The position numbers were made by a program, and so were the translations under genes. Shown piece by piece: positions 1 to 11,769 of a stretch of 64,000 nt of DNA (the stretch's first letter is position 1; every line of letters starts with the position of its first letter). The notes beneath the pieces are model-generated. The model was not told the origin of the DNA and ran no database searches. It saw nothing but the letters and a program-made list of their open reading frames with translations. This DNA comes from Nemertoderma westbladi (taxonomy: Eukaryota; Animalia; Xenacoelomorpha), in the NCBI GenBank assembly GCA_032718475.1, contig JAUCBJ010005472.1, forward strand, positions 1 through 64,000. The letters are read 5' to 3'.

Positions 1-177
1 AATAATAATAATATATATTTATATCGCGCCTTTAAGAATAAAAATATACTTGCAAGGCGCCAGCAATAACGATATGAAAGTCATTAAGGTATACACGAAT
101 ACATAAATGAAGAAGAGTATACATAGAGAAGGTATACATAAATGATAGTCAAAAAACGTAAAAAAGTACATTTATAG

Positions 178-3100
178 TTATTCATATTCTTCCTTGAAAA
201 GGAAAGTTTTCAGGCGAGATTTGAATGAGTCAACTCCAGGTGCGCTACGGACATTCATCGGCAGAGAGTTCCAAACCTGTGGTGCAGCAACGGAAAAAGC
301 GCGTTTTCCATAATTTGAGAGACGAAATCTTGGTACGACGAGCAACATCTTATCACTGGAGCGTAACTCGCGATGCAGAACATATGGTGTCAATAGGTCC
401 CTGAGATATTGAGGTGCCAGGCCGTTCAAACATTTGTAAGTCAACAACGCTATTTTGAAATCAATACGGCGACGAACAGGAAGCCAATGTAGGCTTTTAA
501 GGACAGGTGTAATATGTTCCCGCTTTCGGACACCCAGTAGAAGACGCGCGGCTGAGTTTTGTACATATTGTAGCTTCTTAATGAGATTATTCGGCAGACC
601 ATAATATAGCGAATTGTTGCAGTCTAGCTTGCTTGTTACCAAGGCATGTATAAGAGTCTCTAGAGTGTCCTTCTGTAAACATTTTCTGATTTTGGACAGG
701 TTCCGAAGGTGGAAGAAGGAATCTCGCACAGTGATGGCAATCTGTTTACTAAAAGACAAATGAGCGTCTATGTAGAAGCCAATGTCACGGGCGTCACTGC
801 TACATTTTACTCTATTGTTGCCTATTTGTAGACAAGGCGGGTCTATCTGACATCCAAACCGTGATTGCAACAATAAACATTCTGTCTTGTCCGTATTCAT
901 CTTGAGTAGATTTGTATTCATCCAGCTCTGTATGTCACGTAAACATTCCTCGGTAACTTCTACTGCCGCACCCAGATGTGATGGTTCAAATGCAATATAT
1001 ATTTGAGTGTCGTCGGCATATAAGTGATATGTTAAACCATGCTTTAATATGACAGACGACAGGGAGCGAGTATATATTGTGAAAAGTAAGGGTCCTAAAA
1101 CGGAACCTTGAGGTAAGCCATACTTCAGGTCTTTGAATTTCGAGTACGCGTCACCAATAAGTACCTGTTGTTTACGTCCTGAAAGGTATGAACGAAACCA
1201 TTGCAGTGCATTATCTTTTACCCCAATATCATGTTCTAGAATATTCAGTAAGATACTGTGTTCCACCGTATCAAAGGCCGCGCTTAGATCCAATAGTATA
1301 AGTAGCACAGCTGACCCGCTATCGATACTTCGTAGTACATTATCAGTAACCGACAGTAATGCAGTTTCAGTACTATGTAATGGTCGATATGCACTTTGCA
1401 TTGGCTCATTAAGAGAGTTCATATCCATATGTTTCATTAGCTGTATAGCTACGGCCTTCTCAGTTAACTTGGCTATGTATATGAGATGTGAGACTGGTCT
1501 AAAGTTCTTAAAAACTTCCGGGTCCAGACGCAGCTTCTTCAGTACCGGCGATAATACCGCTTCTTTGAAAAGTTGTGGAACTGTAGAAGTTGAAAGTGAC
1601 AAATTAATAATTATTGTGATAATGGGTAGAAGTAACTTGATGGATAATTTAACTAAACGCGTTGGCATCGGGTCACACGGACTAGATTTCGATTTTGAGT
1701 TGTTTATTAGAGCTTCAGTATCAGCTGTGGACAGGTCATCAAATATTCGGAAGGAATTGTTTGGAGATTCAGTTAGAGCTGCTGCCGGAGTAACCATTAC
1801 CGGATTCGGATCCGCTGGAGTAGCAGTTACCGGATTCGGACCCGCTGGAGTAACGGTTACCGGATTCGGATCCGTTGGAGTAACCGTTACCGGTTTCGGA
1901 CCCATTGGAGTAACGGTTACCGGTTTCGGAACCGTTGGAGTAATGGTTACCAGATTCGGTACCGCTGGTGTCTGTTGTAAATCATCCCGTATGTCTGTTA
2001 TTTTCTTATCGAAAAAGTCAGCAAATCTGTTCGCCAGCTCCTCTTCACTGTCTGCGTCAGGTAACTTTGTTTTAGTCTTCCGGTACAGTATTGTATCAAT
2101 TACTGAGAATAATTTCTTTTGATTACCCGCATTTTCTTTTATTATGTCCCGATAAAATGTTTCTTTTGCTGTAACAATAATATCAGAAACGCGTTTACAC
2201 TGATCTCTATAAGCAGTTTGGTCAACAATAAGTTTAGATTTTCGATACTTCCTCTCTAATTGTCGCCGTTTTCTTTTCTCCTCTGCAATGTTATCGTTGT
2301 ACCACTCTGACTCGGGACGTCTTCGCACGGTTTTCCGCATTGCCGGAGCATGTTTATTCATTATCATGGATAATGTGTCATTGTATTGAAGCAACATATC
2401 ATTGAGATTATCAGAGGGAGTTTGACATAACGGTGATGATTCTAGATCGTATGTAAGGTGATCCCAGTTAATTTTTTTAATGTTTCTATATGTAAATGAT
2501 TCAAGGGGCATTTCTGGTTTAAGCAGATCAATATCGAAATGTACAGCAAAATGGTCGGATAATCCAATATCTTCAATGTGGATGTTTTTGATAGTTTTCT
2601 CATCATCTGAATGAACCAGAATAAGGTCAAGAGTGTGCCCATGTCTGTGAGTTGGCTCCGTTACTAACTGCACCAACCCAAAACATTTGATTAGGTTGCC
2701 GAAATCATTAGCATCTTTGTCGTTCTTGTCATCCACATGAAAGTTAAAATCCCCCAATAAAGTAATCTTCCCAGCCATGATGATTATATGCTGCATGAAA
2801 TCTGCAAATTGGTCAAAGAATTGCTGTACAGTTAATCCATTTGTAGCCGAGGGGCACGTCCGATATACTATAATAATCCTCATCAATACCCCAATATAAA
2901 TCATTGTAAATTCAATATATTCAAAGGTCGAGTAAACTACACAATTGGCGCTTTTCTTTAGTTTTAGAGTCTCATTGTGTATACAAGCCACACCTCCTCC
3001 CCTACATCCGGTGCGGGCTTGACTCTGCACTGTGCCACCAGTGGGGCATATTTCATTAACTATTATGTCATCATCCACATCACCCCTTAACCACGTTTCG

Positions 3101-3894
3101 GTAATAGCAGTTATGTCAAATTTCTCATCCACTATGTAGTCCTTTATTACCGGAGCTTTGTTAACAATGGATCTAGCATTGTATAAGCAACAATGTATCA
3201 GCTGAGATCGGGAACCAACCGGTATCGGACCCGCTGGAGTAACGGTTGCCGGATTCGGACATGCTGGAGTAACAGTTACCGGATTCGGACCCGCTGGAGT
3301 AAGAGTTACCGGATTAGGACCCGGTGGAGTAACGGTTACTGGTTTCTGACCCGATGGAATAACGTTTCCCGTATTCGTATTCGGACCCGCTGGAGTAACT
3401 GTTACCGGATTCGGACCCGCTGGAGTAACGTTTCTCGTATTCGGACCCGCTGGAGTAAGGTTTCGCGTATTCGGACCCGCTGGAGTAACGTATCCCGTAT
3501 TCGGACCCGCTCGGGTAACTTTTCTCGTATTCGGACCCGCTGGAGTAACAGTTACCAGTTTCGGACCCGCTGGAGTAACAGTTACGGGATTCGGACCTGC
3601 TGGAGTAACAGTTACTGGATTCGGACCCGCTGGAGTTACAGTTACCGGATTTGGACCCGCTGGAGTAACATATCCCAGATTCGGACCCGCTGGAGTAATG
3701 TATCCTGTATTCGGACCCGCTGGAGTAACGTTTCCCATATTCTGACCCGCTGGAGTAACGTATCCCATATTCGGACTCGCTGGAGTTACGTTTCCCGTAT
3801 TCGGACCCGCTGGAGTAACGGTTTCTGGATTCGGCACCCAATGAACAGATCGACATGCAGTACTTGGATGTAGGGGTAAGCGTACGGATGGTTG
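178..3894 (-). CDS. LINE ORF2: apurinic endonuclease + reverse transcriptase, with Pro/Thr-rich repeat inserts
   Basis: APE motifs NARS, ITETW, GDFN, TLDL and SDH; RT motifs LDLSAAFDTV, GLPQGSVLGP and YADD; L2-type C-terminus LHWLPV...APQYL...WNSLP. The frame is open from immediately after the ORF1 stop (3894) to 178. Confidence 0.93.
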   Translation of the reverse strand, partial: QPSVRLPLHPSTACRSVHWVPNPETVTPAGPNTGNVTPASPNMGYVTPAGQNMGNVTPAGPNTGYITPAGPNLGYVTPAGPNPVTVTPAGPNPVTVTPAGPNPVTVTPAGPKLVTVTPAGPNTRKVTRAGPNTGYVTPAGPNTRNLTPAGPNTRNVTPAGPNPVTVTPAGPNTNTGNVIPSGQKPVTVTPPGPNPVTLTPAGPNPVTVTPACPNPATVTPAGPIPVGSRSQLIHCCLYNARSIVNKAPVIKDYIVDEKFDITAITETWLRGDVDDDIIVNEICPTGGTVQSQARTGCRGGGVACIHNETLKLKKSANCVVYSTFEYIEFTMIYIGVLMRIIIVYRTCPSATNGLTVQQFFDQFADFMQHIIIMAGKITLLGDFNFHVDDKNDKDANDFGNLIKCFGLVQLVTEPTHRHGHTLDLILVHSDDEKTIKNIHIEDIGLSDHFAVHFDIDLLKPEMPLESFTYRNIKKINWDHLTYDLESSPLCQTPSDNLNDMLLQYNDTLSMIMNKHAPAMRKTVRRRPESEWYNDNIAEEKRKRRQLERKYRKSKLIVDQTAYRDQCKRVSDIIVTAKETFYRDIIKENAGNQKKLFSVIDTILYRKTKTKLPDADSEEELANRFADFFDKKITDIRDDLQQTPAVPNLVTITPTVPKPVTVTPMGPKPVTVTPTDPNPVTVTPAGPNPVTATPADPNPVMVTPAAALTESPNNSFRIFDDLSTADTEALINNSKSKSSPCDPMPTRLVKLSIKLLLPIITIIINLSLSTSTVPQLFKEAVLSPVLKKLRLDPEVFKNFRPVSHLIYIAKLTEKAVAIQLMKHMDMNSLNEPMQSAYRPLHSTETALLSVTDNVLRSIDSGSAVLLILLDLSAAFDTVEHSILLNILEHDIGVKDNALQWFRSYLSGRKQQVLIGDAYSKFKDLKYGLPQGSVLGPLLFTIYTRSLSSVILKHGLTYHLYADDTQIYIAFEPSHLGAAVEVTEECLRDIQSWMNTNLLKMNTDKTECLLLQSRFGCQIDPPCLQIGNNRVKCSSDARDIGFYIDAHLSFSKQIAITVRDSFFHLRNLSKIRKCLQKDTLETLIHALVTSKLDCNNSLYYGLPNNLIKKLQYVQNSAARLLLGVRKREHITPVLKSLHWLPVRRRIDFKIALLTYKCLNGLAPQYLRDLLTPYVLHRELRSSDKMLLVVPRFRLSNYGKRAFSVAAPQVWNSLPMNVRSAPGVDSFKSRLKTFLFKEEYE
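1782..1970 (-). repeat. Second array of the same 30-bp coding minisatellite, between APE and RT
   Basis: About 6 units, translating as TPAVPNLVTI...TPAGPNPVTA. Confidence 0.9.
3221..3837 (-). repeat. 30-bp coding minisatellite (10-aa unit TPAGPNPVTV) at ORF2 N-terminus
   Basis: About 20 tandem units of ggattcggacccgctggagtaacagttacc on the plus strand. Confidence 0.95.
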
Positions 3895-5073
3895 TCAATC
3901 CAGATCAACCTGCAGCTGCCCTGCAGACCCTGGATTGCTCGGTGTAAGAGTAACCGTTGATTTCTCAATAACAGAAACATCAGTGTTAGACAGACCATTC
4001 TGTGGATGCTCCGCATCCGACCGTGCACTCCTCTTTAGTGCACTGGAGTCCACAACTTCATTCTTGTAGATAACCCAATGGGTTTTCGGATCTGTAGCTA
4101 TCAAGTCTCGTCGTCGTTGACGCAACTGAAATTGTAAGGTACTTTCTGCAGGAGTGTAGTCGGGCGATATATAGACCTCATTATAACGTCTGCATTTACG
4201 AAGCTCTCTAGATTTCTTCAGTATAGCAGCGCGTTTCTCCTTCGGGAGGGTTACGACAATTGGTTGAGTTCTAATGTTGCCAGCATTCCCAGCTCGTCTC
4301 TTTGTCTTTATTTGGGACTCATTTAATTGTATATTCAACGAACAGGCTATGTTGATTACCGCTTTGGTGTCATTGTCGTTCTCACAAGAAGGCAAACCTT
4401 TAATAACGAGGTTTAATTCCCGGCGTCGCTGGTCGGCTTCCTCGTCCTTAATCTGACGGGCGAGGACGGCAACGTTAGTGGCGGCCGGAGTACCCTTCCC
4501 CCGCGGACGGCGAGGAGGAACAACGTTCCAGCTCGCACCGTCATTGGTATCAGACACGCCTCGCTCAGTAGTCGACTGGAGATCAAGATCCTCTAGTTGC
4601 TGTTTAATTTCCTCTCTTTTTCGTTCATCACTTTCAATGTAATTGTTTAAATTACTTTGAATTTCTTTTACTGAATCCTGGAGCGACTTAGTAACTTGGT
4701 CCCGATCCGCAGCGTCGTTTTCGAAGCAGTCGCGTAGCGCATTGAGTTCAGAGTCATGTCGTGATTCCAATTCCTTAATCTCATCAGATAGCCGTATGAT
4801 GTGTTTTGCCATGCATTTCCCACAATAGAATTGAACCGAACCGAAATTTGTACCAGGTTTAGCCACGATGATCACAGTAATCTTGCAACTACTTCCGGAG
4901 CACTCTACCTCGATCTCTTCCTGTCCGTCGATCCTAGAATCGGATGTTCGTTGGTTGCCATTGCCGTCAGCCGGTAACTTTTTCCTACTGTTATACTGAA
5001 GTTGCCCACTTTGACGGCGTCGGTGGTTGTCCCCTACTGATAGGGATTTTCTTTCTGGTTGAGAATTACTCAT
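3895..5073 (-). CDS. LINE ORF1 (degenerate Cys finger, coiled coil, RRM-like C-terminal region)
   Basis: 392 aa upstream of ORF2. Contains Cys pairs (CSGSSC, CGKC), a heptad-rich segment, and RRELNLVIKGLP...PIVV...VYISPDYT typical of CR1/L2 ORF1. Confidence 0.8.
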   Translation of the reverse strand: MSNSQPERKSLSVGDNHRRRQSGQLQYNSRKKLPADGNGNQRTSDSRIDGQEEIEVECSGSSCKITVIIVAKPGTNFGSVQFYCGKCMAKHIIRLSDEIKELESRHDSELNALRDCFENDAADRDQVTKSLQDSVKEIQSNLNNYIESDERKREEIKQQLEDLDLQSTTERGVSDTNDGASWNVVPPRRPRGKGTPAATNVAVLARQIKDEEADQRRRELNLVIKGLPSCENDNDTKAVINIACSLNIQLNESQIKTKRRAGNAGNIRTQPIVVTLPKEKRAAILKKSRELRKCRRYNEVYISPDYTPAESTLQFQLRQRRRDLIATDPKTHWVIYKNEVVDSSALKRSARSDAEHPQNGLSNTDVSVIEKSTVTLTPSNPGSAGQLQVDLD

Positions 5074-5311
5074 TATAATTCAATCACCAATAATCAGATA
5101 ATATAATATTACAGAACCAGTTAAACAAGTTGGCGAGTGTAATCAGGTCAGATAGGACTCTCCAATTAAATTAATAAATTTGTATTCCTCAACTTAGCTA
5201 TTTTTTTTTTCAAAATAATTAATAAACTATATTTAACAATTTATTATAAATCGTATTTTTGTGGCAACACTTACGAAAAATCGTTCTACGAAAAATCGTT
5301 CTACGAAAAAT

Positions 5312-7790
5312 AAGTTAGTGTTCTACTGTCAGCATTAGAGTATGGAGGACTGCTGTAACCGGTTAGTTAGTGTTCTACTGTCAGCATTAGAGTATAGAAG
5401 ACTGCAACTATAACCGGTTAGTTAGTGTTATATTGTCAGCACTAGTGTATGGAGGACTACTGTAACCGGTTAGTTAGTGTTATATTGTCAGCACTATTGT
5501 ATGGAGACTACAACTATAACCGGTTAGTTAGTGTTCTACTGTCAGCACTAGTGTATGGAGGACTACTGTAACCGGTTAGTTAGTGTTCTACTGTCAGCAT
5601 TAGAGTATGGAGGACTACTGTAACCGGTTAGTTAGTGTTCTACTGTCAGCATTAGAGTATAGAAGACTGCAACTATAACCGGTTAGTTAGTGTTATATTG
5701 TCAGCACTAGTGTATGGAGGACTACTGTAACCGGTTAGTTAGTGTTATATTGTCAGCACTATTGTATGGAGACTACAACTATAACCGGTTAGTTAGTGTT
5801 CTACTGTCAGCACTAGTGTATGGAGGACTACTGTAACCGGTTAGTTAGTGTTCTACTGTCAGCATTAGAGTATGGAGGACTACTGTAACCGGTTAGTTAG
5901 TGTTATATTGTCAGCACTAGTGTATGGAGGACTACTGTAACCGGTTAGTTAGTGTTCTACTGTCAGCACTATTGTATGGAGACTACAACTATAACCGGTT
6001 AGTTAGTGTTCTACTGTCAGCACTAGTGTATGGAGGACTACTGTAACCGGTTAGTTAGTGTTCTACTGTCAGCATTAGAGTATGGAGGACTACTGTAACC
6101 GGTTAGTTAGTGTTATATTGTCAGCACTAGTGTATGGACTACTGTAACCGGTTAGTTAGTGTTCTACTGTCAGCATTAGAGTATGGAGGACTACTGTAAC
6201 CGGTTAGTTAGTGATTTACTGTCAGCACTAGTGTATATAAGACTGCAACTATAACCGGTTAGTTAGTGTTATATTGTCAGCACTAGTGTATGGAGGACTA
6301 CTGTAACCGGTTAGTTAGTGTTCTACTGTCAGCACTAGTGTATGGAGGACTACTGTAACCGGTTAGTTAGTGTTCTACTGTCAGCATTAGAGTATGGAGG
6401 ACTACTGTAACCGGTTAGTTAGTGATTTACTGTCAGCACTAGTGTATATAAGACTGCACCTATAACCGGTTAGTTAGTGTTATATTGTCAGCACTAGTGT
6501 ATGGAGGACTACTGTAACCGGTTAGTTAGTGATCTATTGTCAGCACTAGTGTATGGAGGACTACTGTATCCGGTTAGTTAGTGTTCTACTGTCAGCACTA
6601 GTGTATGGACTACTGTAACCGGTTAGGTAGTGTTCTACTGTCAGCATTAGAGTATGGAGGACTACTGTAACCGGTTAGTTAGTGATTTACTGTCAGCACT
6701 AGTGTATATAAGACTGCAACTATAACCGGTTAGTTAGTGTTATATTGTCAGCACTAGTGTATGGAGGACTACTGTAACCTGTTAGTTAGTGTTCTACTGT
6801 CAGCACTAGTGTATGGAGGACTACTGTAACCGGTTAGTTAGTGTTCTACTGTCAGCACTAGTGTATGGAGGACTACTGTAACCGGTTAGTTAGTGTTCTA
6901 CTGTCAGCATTAGAGTATGGAGGACTACTGTAACCGGTTAGTTAGTGATTTACTGTCAGCACTAGTGTATTGAGGACTACAACTATAACCGGTTAGTTAG
7001 TGTTCTACTGTTAGCACTAGTGTATGGAGGACTACTGTAACCGGTTAGTTAGTGTTATATTGTCAGCACTAGTGTATGGAGGACTACTGTAACCGGTTAG
7101 TTAGTGTTCTACTGTCAGCACTAGTGTATGGAGGACTACTGTAACCGGTTAGTTAGTGTTCTACTGTCAGCATTAGAGTATGGAGGACTACTGTAACCGG
7201 TTAGTTAGTGTTATATTGTCAGCACTAGTGTATGGAGGACTACTGTAACCGGTTAGTTAGTGTTCTACTGTCAGCATTAGAGTATAGAAGACTGCAACTA
7301 TAACCGGTTAGTTAGTGTTCTACTGTCAGCACTAGTGTCTGGAGGACTACTGTAACCGGTTAGTTAGTGTTCTACTGTCAGCATTAGAGTATGGAGGACT
7401 ACTGTAACCGGTTAGTTAGTGATTTACTGTCAGCACTAGTGTATATAAGACTGCAACTATAACCGGTTAGTTAGTGTTATATTGTCAGCACTAGTGTATG
7501 GAGGACTAATGTAACCTGTTAGTTAGTGTTCTACTGTCAGTACTAGTGTATGGACTACTGTAACCGGTTAGCTAGTGATCTATTGTCAGCACTAGTGTAT
7601 GGAGGACTACTGTAACCGGTTAGTTAGTGTTCTACTGTCAGCATTAGAGTATAGAAGACTACAACTATAACCGGTTAGTTAGTGTTCTACTGTCAGCACT
7701 AGTGTATATAAGACTGCAACTATAACTGGTTAGTTAGTGTTACATTGTCAGCACTAGTGTATGGAGGACTACTGTAACCGGTTAGTTAGT
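5312..7790. repeat. Satellite, 52-bp unit with 55-bp variant
   Basis: Tandem ccggttagttagtgttctactgtcagcactagtgtatggaggactactgtaa over about 2.5 kb. Confidence 0.97.
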
Positions 7791-8265
7791 GCGGGGTTGG
7801 TTTATGCATAGCTTAACATTTACGGTGCAGTCCGAGTGAACTTTATCATATCTCACATCCTTCATGTAGCGAATCTAATTAGTAACAGAGTAACTATGGC
7901 CGTGCTCGATCAATTATTGATTCAACTTTCGACTTTTCTAAATAGAAAATTCCATCCACCTGTTCAACAAAAGGCTTTATTCACTTTTGTAGTTAACCCC
8001 AAATATAAAAAAAATTGGAAATACCATCTGCTCATTATAATCTCATGAAAGCGCTCTTCACCGATACTAAAATGGTAATGAATGAATTATATAATCAATG
8101 TAAACCACCAGACACTGTCAATCACATCTAATGAGCCCCAATGATATTCAATGATGGCATAAATCAATAGTAGATGCTACCCTTCCACAGAAGAACTATA
8201 TATAAGAAATAGTTTGTTGGAGATTTTATTTAGTCAGTGAATAATATAAATCTAAAAGCTGTAAA

Positions 8266-8326
8266 ATGAATCCTCATTATATTGGAATAACTTCTGTTAT
8301 TACTTTGCTGGTGGTTCTGCCTTGTG
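8266..8326 (+). CDS. Secreted Cys-rich protein, exon 1 (signal peptide)
   Basis: ATG in AAAATG context; translates as MNPHYIGITSVITLLVVLPC with a hydrophobic core; ends at a G|GTGAGT donor, phase 1. Confidence 0.75.
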
Positions 8327-8579
8327 GTGAGTTGTCATTATAAAACGCTCAATTGAACTAAAAATAAACTATCTACATAATTTCAACCTGTCTTCGATAC
8401 TGGAACATATAACTATATTAAACTAGAACTACCGAACCACTATTTATATGTTTTTTTAATTTGATTTGATATGTAAAACAGAAGTGTTACTTAGTTTTTA
8501 CCATAAGTGGAAATGTTTTCTATTATTTTATCGTTGAGTGTTTAATTATAATTTATATAAACTTCCATTATTTCTTTAG

Positions 8580-8639
8580 GAGTGCAAGGAGGATTTGGAG
8601 CGGAAGAAGGATGTGTTTCATGCTGCCCTAAACCTCCAT
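8580..8639 (+). CDS. Secreted Cys-rich protein, exon 2
   Basis: tttctttag acceptor, 60-nt exon GVQGGFGAEEGCVSCCPKPP, T|GTAAGA donor; phase 1-1. Confidence 0.7.
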
Positions 8640-8904
8640 GTAAGAAATAACGTTTGTGTTTGTCGTATTTCCATAGCTAGAATATAGGATTAAAGGACTT
8701 CACCTAATCACTTTAGTTTATTTTAAACAACAACATTCTACAGTACCAATAATATAAAATGTTATAACAATAAGACCTTTTTTCTACTCACAAACACAAA
8801 TAAATAGGCTGCCAGTTAACATTGAATCACAATCAGAGAAACAGTTGGCAGGTGTATTGGGCAGTGGGCAAGGACAAAGTGTGAAAATGACTAACTGATT
8901 TTCA

Positions 8905-10285
8905 ACAGTAAACCCTTCCTCCACTCTGTTTCCTAAAGGAATGTCTGTTCACCACCATGGGTTATCTTCCACAGTAAACCCTTCCTCCACTCTGTTTCCT
9001 AAAGGAATGCCTGTTCACCACCATGGGTTATCTTCCACAGTAAACACTTCCTCCACTCTATTTCCTAAAGGAATGCCTGTTCGTTCACCCCCATGGGTTA
9101 TCTTCCACAGTAAACCCTTCCTCCACTCTGTTTCCTAAAGGAATGCCTGTTCACCACCATGGGTTATCTTCCACAGTAAACCCTTCCTCCACTCTGTTTC
9201 CTAAAGGAATGCCTGTTCACCACCATGGGTTATCTTCCACAGTAAACCCTTCCTCCACTCTGTTTCCTAAAGGAATGCCTGTTCACCACCATGGGTTATT
9301 TTCCACAGTAAACCCTTCCTCAACTATGTTTCCTAAAGGAATGCCTGTTCACCACCATGGGTTATCTTCCACAGTAAACCCTTCCTCCACTCTGTTTCCT
9401 AAAGGAATGCTGTTCACCACCATGGGTTATCTTCCTCAGTAAACCCTTCCACTCAGTTTCCGAAAGGAATGTCTGTTCACCACCATGGGTTATTTTCCAC
9501 AGTAAACCCGTCCACTCTGTTTCCCAAAGGAATGCCTGTTCACCACCATGGGTTATCTTCCACAGTAAACCCTTCCACTCTGAGTCCTAAAGGAATGCCT
9601 GTTCACCACCATGGGTGATCTTCCTCAGTAAACCCTTCCACTCTGTTTCCTAAAGGAATCCCTTTTCACCACCATGGGTAATCTTCCACAGTAAACCCGT
9701 CCACTCTGTTTCCCAAAGGAATGCCTGTTCACCACCATGGGTTATCTTCCACAGTAAACCCTTCTCCCACTCTGTTCCCTAAAGGAATGCCTGTTCACCA
9801 CCATGGGTTATCTTCCTCAGTAAACCCTTCCACTCAGTTTCCGAAAGGAATGTCTGTTCACCACCATGGGTTATCTTCCACAGTAAACCCTTCCACTCTG
9901 TTTCCTAAAGGAATGCCTGTTCACCACCATAGATTATCTTCCACAGTAAACCCTTCCACTCTGTTTCCTAAAGGAATGCATGTTCACCACCATGGTTTAT
10001 CTTCCACAGTAAACCCTTCCACTCTGTTTCCTAAAGGAATGTCTGTTCACCACCATGGCTGATCTTCACCAGTAAACCCTTCCACTCTGTTTCCTAAAGG
10101 AATGCCTGTTCACCACCATGGGTTATCTTCCACAGTAAACCCTTCCACTCTGCTTCCTAAAGAAATGCCTGTTCACCACCATGGGTGATCTTCCACAGTA
10201 AACCTTTCACTCTGTTAACTAAATTAATGCCTGTTCACCACCATGGGTGATCTTCTACAGTAAACCTTTCCACTATGTTTCCCAA
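8905..10285. repeat. Intronic minisatellite, 66-bp and 63-bp units
   Basis: Tandem acagtaaacccttcc(tcc)actctgtttcctaaaggaatgcctgttcaccaccatgggttatcttcc. Confidence 0.96.
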
Positions 10286-10349
10286 GTTGCCTTGGATCCC
10301 ATTTATCGATTAGTTAAGGATGAAGGTTTGGACAGTTGGCAGGTGAGGA

Positions 10350-10845
10350 CCTTCGAATACGTAAGGGAAAGCGTAAGGGCTTTCCAGGATTTGGAAGTCA
10401 AATAAAATTCATCGGAAACTTAAGGTCCCATTATTTAGAGCAGCAGTAGTTCCAATAATACTTACTCTATGGGAGTCCATGCTGGGCTCTAACTGCTGGC
10501 ATATTCACAATAATAATACATCGTGTTCACTGTGTCAAGTACAATGCATACATCTCCAACCAGACACTATATAACATCTCATTGGTTCCCCCAAGCTTGA
10601 CACTTGATCAATGACGCCTCCGCTTTGCAGGACATTGTTTTCGCCGTAAGGACTAGCCTCCGCACAATCTTGTGCTTTGGCTACTCCATGGAGTGAATAA
10701 GCATGGTGGACAGCCCATGACTTTCGTGAGACGCATCTTAAAGGACATTGGCCTTGAAGATGCGGATGATCTAGCAAATTCATGGGTGATAGGGAGTTGT
10801 GGTGGCGCAACGTTGTTGCAACATGTTTGCCTATTTTCTTGACCT
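10350..10845 (+). pseudogene. Degenerate 3' end of RTE/RTEX-type LINE ORF2
   Basis: Manual translation gives KLKVPLFRAAV...RLRFAGHCFRRKD*PPHNLVLW...KDIGL...DRELW, with stops and frameshifts. Confidence 0.7.
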
Positions 10846-11769
10846 TGGTGTAAATATAATAGAACACCAACACTGCTTTTACTATTATTTTATATTTTCG
10901 TTAATTTAGTTGAAATTTAAGTTATCGTCAGTATATTGTTGTTTCTTGTTACTTGTAATATTTGTAAAAACGGTTATGAATCTTGTTTAAAATGTGTCCA
11001 TTTGTTTAATGTTCTTTTTTCAGGTAACTATGCATTATTATCTTTATCTGTATATTTTTTAAGTGTTCTGATTAATAATTTTATTTACTACAAGGTGAAC
11101 GTTGTGTTACTCGTGAGTTGCTGGAAAGATTCTTGTTCGCTCTGGTTGATTTACGGCAACTAAAGGATTCTCTCAATCGGGCATCATGTGGACCACCAAG
11201 AGGTAAATTGGATTTTCGAATTTTTGCCAAAAGTTTTATTTCACTTAAAACAATTTTATTTATTCGGCCCGCCTCGCTTCCTAGAAGGATTAATATGTCA
11301 GAAAGCCATCAGGAAAAAAGCCGTAATGAATTATTTATGGATAATTAATAAATAAAGTATTTTATTTCATTAGTTTTGTATTCCACTCCAGTAATTCGTT
11401 TTGAAGAAAAACTGACTGTGTTTTATTCACATACGATCGGATGCTCAAAACAAAACATCAAATAACTTAATTTATTTTCCATAATGTTTGCCTGGCTTAT
11501 TCCGAGGTTACATTTGTATGCTTGGACAGGTAAGGCATGCGAATTGTTTTCCATACTGCCTATATCATATACACCAAATAATAAACACTCAGCCACCATA
11601 GTCTAAAATCACATTTACAATTTATTTAATGTATCAAAATTTAAAACACATAGTTTTTGAATTCCATAATTGAATTGCTTAAATACGCCCACTACAAGAT
11701 TATTATTATACATACATATAGTAAGTTGGAAACTATCTCTACTAACAAACTATTTTATCTTATTGACAG

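Larger units (their letters stand above)
1..5300 (-). mobile_element. Near full-length non-LTR retrotransposon (LINE), L2/Crack-like clade
   Basis: ORF1 plus APE-RT ORF2. The 3' UTR has an L2-type stem (GGCGCCTT...AAAGGCGC, ~25-62) followed by an (ATT)n tail at the window edge. The 5' boundary is approximate and no TSD is visible. Confidence 0.9.

Noticed and set aside
1133-3898. Antisense and alternative-frame ORFs over LINE ORF2
   Set aside because: Shadows of the real ORF and of the 30-bp repeat.
8841-10345. 14-bp direct repeat acagttggcaggtg on both sides of the 66/63-bp array
   Set aside because: It lies about 50 bp from each array end with no element termini, so it cannot be called a TSD.
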